Source: Deferribacterales bacterium (GTDB lineage Bacteria > Chrysiogenota > Deferribacteres > Deferribacterales > Geovibrionaceae). From it: DNA of 64,000 nucleotides. Each line of letters starts with the position of its first letter. Position 1 is the first letter of the stretch. The notes under the pieces are model-generated. The model worked only from the letters and a program-made list of their open reading frames with translations, searched no databases and was not told where the DNA came from. Positions 58,238 to 64,000 of the stretch are shown here, piece after piece. The position numbers and the translations under genes were made by a program. The stretch spans positions 96,001-160,000 of the forward strand of contig JBFWLW010000004.1 in assembly GCA_050251945.1 (NCBI GenBank). The letters run 5' to 3'.

Positions 58238-58585
58238 ATGTCAGTCGAAAAAGTAAAAGAATTTTTTAAACGTCTGGAAGATGACGAGGTATTCAGAGAT
58301 GATTTCCTTAAAGACGAAACACTCGAAAAAGGCAATACTGAAACAATCTTCAGGGCTGCCGCTGCACTGGGTTATGAGTTCTCAGCTGATGATCTTAAGG
58401 CTGCAAAAGAAGAAATGAAAGATATTGAGCTTACTAATGATCAGCTTGAGAAGGTCAGCGGCGGGTTTGGTTTCGCTTTTTGTGTGGGATACGGATATGG
58501 ATATTGGACTGTAGTTGATAACGACAATACTGCGTCCGGTTCCGGAGGAGCCGTTGCTTTTTGTCTCGGTTTTGGATTCAACTAA
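58238..58585 (+). CDS. Nif11-leader precursor 10
   Basis: GG-FGFAFCVGYGYGYWTVVDNDNTASGSGGAVAFCLGFGFN. Confidence 0.9.
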   Translation: MSVEKVKEFFKRLEDDEVFRDDFLKDETLEKGNTETIFRAAAALGYEFSADDLKAAKEEMKDIELTNDQLEKVSGGFGFAFCVGYGYGYWTVVDNDNTASGSGGAVAFCLGFGFN

Positions 58586-58596
58586 GGAGAATAATT

Positions 58597-58911
58597 ATGT
58601 CAGTTGAAAAAGTTAAAGAATTTTTCAAACGTCTGGAAGATGACGAGGCGTTCAGAGATGATTTCCTTAAAGACGAAACACTCGAAAAAGGCAACACCGA
58701 AGCGGTTTGCAAGGCAGCCTCTGCGAAGGGTTATGAGTTTTCTGCCGATGACCTTAAAGCTGCAAAAGAAGAGATGAAAGATACGGAGCTTAGTCATGAA
58801 CAGCTTGATAAGGTCAGCGGAGGGGTATCATGCTCATCTTCTACAGCTTTTACCGACACCTGTGACGCTATAATGACGGCTATGCTGGAGGATATGGGAT
58901 TGTTGAAGTGA
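58597..58911 (+). CDS. Nif11-leader precursor 11
   Basis: GG-VSCSSSTAFTDTCDAIMTAMLEDMGLLK. Confidence 0.9.
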   Translation: MSVEKVKEFFKRLEDDEAFRDDFLKDETLEKGNTEAVCKAASAKGYEFSADDLKAAKEEMKDTELSHEQLDKVSGGVSCSSSTAFTDTCDAIMTAMLEDMGLLK

Positions 58912-58992
58912 TAGTTTTCTGCATACGCTTAATATAGTGGCAAAAAGTAAAAGCTTTGAAGGATGCAATTGTGAAAAACAGGAGGACATACC

Positions 58993-59280
58993 ATGTCAGC
59001 CGAAAAAGTTAAAGAATTTTTTAAACGTCTGGAAGATGACGAGGCGTTCAGAGATGATTTCCTTAAAGACGAAACACTCGAAAAAGGCAACACCGAAGCG
59101 GTTTGCAAGGCAGCCTCTGCGAAGGGTTATGAGTTTTCTGCCGATGACCTTAAAGCTGCAAAAGAAGAGATGAAAGATACGGAGCTTACTGATGAACAGC
59201 TTGATAAGGTAAGCGGAGGGACTACTTATTGGCTTTTAAATTGCCAGACGGTTATGTTTCATTGGGTTTCTGGAGAATAA
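58993..59280 (+). CDS. Nif11-leader precursor 12
   Basis: GG-TTYWLLNCQTVMFHWVSGE. Confidence 0.9.
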   Translation: MSAEKVKEFFKRLEDDEAFRDDFLKDETLEKGNTEAVCKAASAKGYEFSADDLKAAKEEMKDTELTDEQLDKVSGGTTYWLLNCQTVMFHWVSGE

Positions 59281-59282
59281 TT

Positions 59283-59579
59283 ATGTCAGTTGAAAAAGTT
59301 AAAGAATTTTTCAAACGTATGGAAGATGACGAGGCGTTCAGGGATGATTTCCTGAAAGACGAAACACTCGAAAAAGGCAACACTGAATCAGTTTGCAAGG
59401 CTGCCGCTGCAAGAGGCTACGAGTTCACAGCTGATGATCTTAAGGCTGCAAAAGAAGAGATGAAAGATACGGAACTTACTTATGAACAGCTTGATAAGGT
59501 AAGCGGCGGTTTTAAGATCGGTTGGTGTTGGGTAACCGGTACTGCTCCTTGGTGTCTCTTAGTGGGATTCGGAGAATAA
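59283..59579 (+). CDS. Nif11-leader precursor 13
   Basis: GG-FKIGWCWVTGTAPWCLLVGFGE. Confidence 0.9.
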   Translation: MSVEKVKEFFKRMEDDEAFRDDFLKDETLEKGNTESVCKAAAARGYEFTADDLKAAKEEMKDTELTYEQLDKVSGGFKIGWCWVTGTAPWCLLVGFGE

Positions 59580-59581
59580 TT

Positions 59582-59911
59582 ATGTCAGTTGAAAAAGTTA
59601 AAGAATTTTTCAAACGTATGGAAGATGACGAGGCATTCAGGGATGATTTCCTGAAAGATGAAACACTTGAAAAAGACAATACGAAAGCAATTTTCAGAGC
59701 TGCCGCAGCAAGGGGGTATGAGTTTTCCGCTGAAGACCTTAAGGCGGCGCAGGACGAAATGAAAGCAACAGAACTTTCGGATGAGGAGCTTGAGAAGATC
59801 CGCGGCGGCTCATACGGCGTCGGTTTTTGTTTCAGGTATGGTGTGTTAGTGTCCAGTGAGGGTGTTGTTTTCGATACTTACGCCGTGTGTTTTACCCTCG
59901 GGTATTATTGA
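59582..59911 (+). CDS. Nif11-leader precursor 14
   Basis: GG-SYGVGFCFRYGVLVSSEGVVFDTYAVCFTLGYY. Confidence 0.9.
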   Translation: MSVEKVKEFFKRMEDDEAFRDDFLKDETLEKDNTKAIFRAAAARGYEFSAEDLKAAQDEMKATELSDEELEKIRGGSYGVGFCFRYGVLVSSEGVVFDTYAVCFTLGYY

Positions 59912-59978
59912 AATCAGAGGAGAATGTCATGTCTGCGTCGAAAAAGAGAATCCATCTAAATTAATTAAAAAATGATAA

Positions 59979-60986
59979 TTAATTGACGGGAATGCCAAGC
60001 GCAGCACGAACCTTTTCAGGGTAATGTTTCTCATAAAAGAAGTAGTTTGAAAACAGCAGAATATCGTTTCCTGCACCTCTGGCCAGTTTAACCGTATTCT
60101 CAAAGCTGTAGTTGTCGGCGATTGCCCCCATCTGAAGATCATCACTTATTACAAACCCTTTGAAACCCATATTGTGAAGCAATGAGATTGTCTTTTCTGA
60201 CAAAGTTGCAGGGTAGTAGGGATCAATCTTTGAATTATAAACATGCGCTGTCATGATCATGTCGGCATAGCCGTCCGCGATAAGCCTTCGGAACGGCTCA
60301 AGCTCAATACTGCTCCATGTTTCGGAAACATCAGTGAACCCCTGATGCGAATCCTTCTTTGCGCTGCCATGACCGGGGAAATGTTTAAGGCAGGTCAGGA
60401 TGCCGTATTTTCTGTGGGCATTGATAAAAGCTTTCGCGTATTCAACCACAACATCTGCATCGGCAGAATAACTCCTCTCTTTTGCGCCGATTACAGGTGA
60501 TTCAGGATTGATATTAAGGTCTGTTACAGGGGCAAAATTAACGTTAAAACCAACGTCTGCAAGGTCTCTTGCGGTGAGTTCATATATTTGTTCAGCCTGA
60601 TCCGGTGTCATATTGCTGGAAATATATTGAGCCGTCGGCTCTTCCGTAAACCCCTTTTCAACGGTCAGTCTCTGCACTTTGCCGCCCTCTTCGTCAACTG
60701 CGATTAAAAGCGGGACGAACGAATGATTATGGCTGTTAAGCTCTGCAATAAGCCGCTTAACCTGTTTTCTGGACTCAATGTTATAACCATAGAACACAAC
60801 ACCGGCAACAAGACCTTTTTCAATCTGATCCTTAAGCTCTTTAAGTTCACTATCTTTATAGTCTGTGGCATGGAAACCGACCATGACCATGCGCTTTGAC
60901 ACAACATTTTTATCTATTGCGGATGTGTCGGCAAATGAGCTGTAAAATGTTGATAATATAAATATAATAATAGACAATTTTTTCAC
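59979..60986 (-). CDS. Exported GH3 beta-N-acetylhexosaminidase (NagZ-like)
   Basis: Signal peptide; DEEGGKVQRL, KHFPGHG, SDDLQMGA. Confidence 0.88.
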   Translation of the reverse strand: MKKLSIIIFILSTFYSSFADTSAIDKNVVSKRMVMVGFHATDYKDSELKELKDQIEKGLVAGVVFYGYNIESRKQVKRLIAELNSHNHSFVPLLIAVDEEGGKVQRLTVEKGFTEEPTAQYISSNMTPDQAEQIYELTARDLADVGFNVNFAPVTDLNINPESPVIGAKERSYSADADVVVEYAKAFINAHRKYGILTCLKHFPGHGSAKKDSHQGFTDVSETWSSIELEPFRRLIADGYADMIMTAHVYNSKIDPYYPATLSEKTISLLHNMGFKGFVISDDLQMGAIADNYSFENTVKLARGAGNDILLFSNYFFYEKHYPEKVRAALGIPVN

Positions 60987-61050
60987 GGTAACATAACTCC
61001 AAGAAAATTTTCTTTTTCTTCAATTCGTTTGAAAACGCCTCAGCTGTTTT

Positions 61051-61413
61051 TTAATAATTAATGCCCAAAACAAAGCATACTCCGTAAGTGACTGTGGTTT
61101 CATTGGAAATCGTGGTCATGTCGGCCGCAACTCCGTCAGTGAAAAAACCGTATCCCCAAATGAAACATATTGCGGCTCCCCAGCCGCCTCCTGCTATCCT
61201 TTGCAGTTCTTCTTCAGACAGTTCAGAGTTTTTTAGCTCTTCTTTCGCCTGGTTGAGGTCTTCAGTTGTAAACGGATAACCTGCCTGTGCTGCCGCATCC
61301 AGAATTGAGTCGGGGTTGCCTTTTTCCAGTTTTTCGTTTTTCAGAAAAACGTTGCGGAAATCCTCTTCCTCTTCGATTCGTTTGAAAAACGCTTTTACGT
61401 TCTCAACTGACAT
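61051..61413 (-). CDS. Nif11-leader precursor 15
   Basis: GG-GWGAAICFIWGYGFFTDGVAADMTTISNETTVTYGVCFVLGINY. Confidence 0.9.
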   Translation of the reverse strand: MSVENVKAFFKRIEEEEDFRNVFLKNEKLEKGNPDSILDAAAQAGYPFTTEDLNQAKEELKNSELSEEELQRIAGGGWGAAICFIWGYGFFTDGVAADMTTISNETTVTYGVCFVLGINY

Positions 61414-61468
61414 AAATTTCTCCTTGTAATAATTTGATAAAGTAACCTAAGACACAAGAGTGACTATG

Positions 61469-61744
61469 TTACGAGTTAATGCCTATCGGAGAGCATTTGC
61501 CACTGATCAGTGGGATCCCGCCTGCAACTTTTTGAAGTTGGTCATCGGTAAGTTCAATGTTGTTGATTTCATTCTTGGCAAGCTCAAATTCTTCCTTTGT
61601 GAAAGGATAACCGACATCGCCGGCCGCTTTAAAAACCGAATCAGGATTCTCTTTTTCAAGTGATTTGTGCTGCACTAATTCGCTGCGGAAATCCTCATCC
61701 GTTTCCAGACGGCTAAAGAACGCTTTAACGTTTTCAATTGACAT
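61469..61744 (-). CDS. Nif11-leader precursor 16
   Basis: GG-IPLISGKCSPIGINS. Confidence 0.88.
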   Translation of the reverse strand: MSIENVKAFFSRLETDEDFRSELVQHKSLEKENPDSVFKAAGDVGYPFTKEEFELAKNEINNIELTDDQLQKVAGGIPLISGKCSPIGINS

Positions 61745-61796
61745 AGATTCTCCATAAAGCTCAGTCAGTCGACGGCTTCTGCCTTAGACTGCAATT

Positions 61797-62063
61797 TTAG
61801 TTGACTATATTGCCGCAGCCGTAAACATAACTCATTCCTCCGCTGACCTTATCAAGCTGGTCTTCGGACAGTATTCTGTTATTGATTTCGTTTTTGGCAA
61901 TTTCAACTTCCTCAGCAGTGAAAATGAATCCTGCCTGCGCTGCCAGCGTTATGACAGATCCGATATTATCTTTTACCAATCTGTCATTTTTTAAGAATTC
62001 TTCTCTGAAATCTTTGTCCTCTTCCAGACGTTTAAAGAATGCATTTGCGCTTTCAATTGACAT
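61797..62063 (-). CDS. Nif11-leader precursor 17
   Basis: GG-MSYVYGCGNIVN. Confidence 0.88.
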   Translation of the reverse strand: MSIESANAFFKRLEEDKDFREEFLKNDRLVKDNIGSVITLAAQAGFIFTAEEVEIAKNEINNRILSEDQLDKVSGGMSYVYGCGNIVN

Positions 62064-62095
62064 TGTTCTCTCCTTACAGGCTGTTCTACATATTC

Positions 62096-62122
62096 AGACG
62101 ACAAAACCATCCGGCAGTTACA
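62096..62122 (-). promoter_or_regulatory. ECF-type promoter for minus-strand precursor operon
   Basis: TGTAAC-16 bp-CGTCT, 32 bp upstream of precursor 17 start. Confidence 0.65.
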
Positions 62123-62215
62123 TGGATATTTATTTTATCAGGATATGATTTATAAACTCAACAAACTATAGGGTAGGTTTGCGCTGATCGCCCGTAACTT
62201 AAACGCCGGTAAATC

Positions 62216-64000
62216 CTATTTGTCGGAAGTCAGAAACAGAAATATACCGGAAGCGAGCAGAAAAAGAAGTCCTACCGCAAAAAGCCCCTTGTCCATAGCT
62301 GTGAAGGAGAACAGTGCGCCCAGAATCAGAGGACCCAGCATCTGACCGAGTTTGTCGGTCGTTCTCTGGAGGCTCACGGCAGATCCGGTTCCGATATATT
62401 TTGACGCTTCCTGTTCATAAGCGTAGACCATCTGCGTCGAACCGAGAATACTGCTGGAAATACCCATGAGGAACAGTGCGACCCCGACGGCAGCGACTCC
62501 CTTTATCATTATTATGATCAGGAGACTGATTCCGCCTATCGCCCCTCCGGTGAAGATCACAAGTCTGCGTTTGTGCCTGAATCTGTCGGAGAGTCTGCCG
62601 ATGTAAGGTGAAAGGTAGACAACGGTTGCTCCGTAGACCATCATAACCCTGCCTATGTTCGATTGACTGACGTTCAGGCTGTGCAGATAAACAGGTGTTG
62701 CAAACAGCAAAAGCCCCATCTGGCAAAGGGAGTAGGGAATGATTGAAAAAGTGAACACCGCAAAAATCCTTTTATCGGAAACATATTGATGCATCTGAGC
62801 TAGGGTTTCATAAATCGGAACGGAAAATGAACCGTGCGGTTTTTCGAAGTATGATTTCATAAAGATAAGCGTAAAAATAAGGGGTATGGTCATCAATGCC
62901 GCAGAACACCAGAATACCGCCGTGAAGCCTATTCTTTCGGCTAACATTGCGCCGACCGCACCGCCTGAAATATGTCCGGTAATTATTCCGGCAACGAGTG
63001 ATGCCGTGTTTGCCGATCTGTTTTCATTATCGGAATTTTTCAGCACGAAGGTGATGGCTGCCGTCCATGTAAGCCCGTATCCTGCACCCGATACGCACCT
63101 TGCGAAAATAAAGGATGATACGTCGGATGCGGCGGCAGAGAAAGCCGCCCCCATAAGGCTGACTGCGCAGCCTGCTATGAACGGTTCCTGCCAGCCCCGC
63201 CTGTCCATCCACCAGCCTGCAAGAAAAATCATGGGAAGAGTGGCGGTTATTTCCGCCGAAACGGGGAGGCTGCTTAAAAACTGCGAGAATGAGGACATAA
63301 CTCCGGATGCCGCTACGAGGCTTTTCATATGCAGCGGGATAAAGGACACTGCAAAAGTTGATGCAAAAAGATATGTCGCGGCTGCCGTGCGCATGAGTTT
63401 CGGTTCGCCTTGTTCTGACGCCGCCGCATTAACACTTTTCCTTGTGAATGCGAAGAGGAAAATGAGAAGTTCCGTCGCGAACATCAGCGATATGACAAAA
63501 ATAGTCAGCCCGTCCATCAGCAGTTTGCGGCTGATATCGCCGAGATATTTATCGGAAACGCTCACGCGTATAAACCCATCGATCTTGTTTTGTCCTCCGA
63601 AAGTGTTTTTGATTGGTTTCAGATCAGTTATATCTGCTGAAACAGATTTTACGGATTCAGTTGTATAGAGCAGCTTCATTCCCGAATCGAAAATGTCGGA
63701 TGAGCCTATTTCGGGAGTGTATGATGTAACCTTTTTCTGGGATTCGTTTATGCCCGCCAGTTTTGAAATCCGCACTCCTTTGGAAAGGAGCATCTCGATA
63801 TCTTTTCTGAACGACTGTTCGATAAACCCGGCGTTCACGGCGGCGTGCGCTCTGTTTTCATGCTCCGATTTGGATGAGATCAGGCAGATGAACACTATCT
63901 GGCTCAGAACCACGATTCCGATAACCGATGCGGCTACGGCGCCCCTTGAAAAACCTTCAGAGAGGCTGTGCCTGAAAAAGAGTTTCAGCAGAAGAAGCAG
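62216..64000 (-). CDS. MFS transporter with additional N-terminal membrane/periplasmic region (5' partial)
   Basis: GWWMDRRG, GRLSDRF, LGQMLGPLILG; frame stays open to window edge. Confidence 0.8.
   Translation of the reverse strand: MLLLLKLFFRHSLSEGFSRGAVAASVIGIVVLSQIVFICLISSKSEHENRAHAAVNAGFIEQSFRKDIEMLLSKGVRISKLAGINESQKKVTSYTPEIGSSDIFDSGMKLLYTTESVKSVSADITDLKPIKNTFGGQNKIDGFIRVSVSDKYLGDISRKLLMDGLTIFVISLMFATELLIFLFAFTRKSVNAAASEQGEPKLMRTAAATYLFASTFAVSFIPLHMKSLVAASGVMSSFSQFLSSLPVSAEITATLPMIFLAGWWMDRRGWQEPFIAGCAVSLMGAAFSAAASDVSSFIFARCVSGAGYGLTWTAAITFVLKNSDNENRSANTASLVAGIITGHISGGAVGAMLAERIGFTAVFWCSAALMTIPLIFTLIFMKSYFEKPHGSFSVPIYETLAQMHQYVSDKRIFAVFTFSIIPYSLCQMGLLLFATPVYLHSLNVSQSNIGRVMMVYGATVVYLSPYIGRLSDRFRHKRRLVIFTGGAIGGISLLIIIMIKGVAAVGVALFLMGISSSILGSTQMVYAYEQEASKYIGTGSAVSLQRTTDKLGQMLGPLILGALFSFTAMDKGLFAVGLLFLLASGIFLFLTSDK

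Noticed and set aside
54170..59911. Repeat-spacer pattern as CRISPR array or diversity-generating retroelement
   Set aside because: Repeats are about 230-bp coding leaders with RBSs; no cas or reverse transcriptase genes; variation is not adenine-specific

Overview
Bacterial chromosomal window, probably from an anaerobic Gram-negative respirer (Deferribacterota-like gene content; my impression, unverified). (1) 1-19.1 kb: right arm of a siphovirus-type prophage: capsid end, head-tail and tail genes, a moron/antirepressor insertion with a C4-like antisense RNA, a lysis cassette and a tRNA-derived att site. (2) 19.2-39.4 kb: host genes: AraC regulator, decaheme OmcA/MtrC-type cytochrome, ActP-type permease operon, MCP, exbBD-tonB, an R-M/Vsr cassette, tRNA-Phe, aroF with an unannotated Phe/Tyr-rich attenuator leader, HDOD protein and tRNA-Arg, plus MITE-like elements. 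(3) 39.3-41.7 kb: integrase-less islet bounded by a 41-bp tRNA-Arg repeat. (4) 41.8-64 kb: a large Nif11/NHLM-type RiPP locus with two LuxR regulators, TolC/HlyD/two ABC exporters, a PoyD-like epimerase, a radical SAM/SPASM enzyme and 17 precursors with conserved leaders and hypervariable cores (recurrent C-x3-G). Its ECF sigma is followed by an anti-sigma-like protein carrying a double-glycine leader motif, and matching ECF-type promoters sit at both ends of the locus. This possible export-coupled sigma/anti-sigma/LuxR circuit controlling a peptide library is the best candidate for an undescribed system. All family calls come from motif recognition, not database searches.
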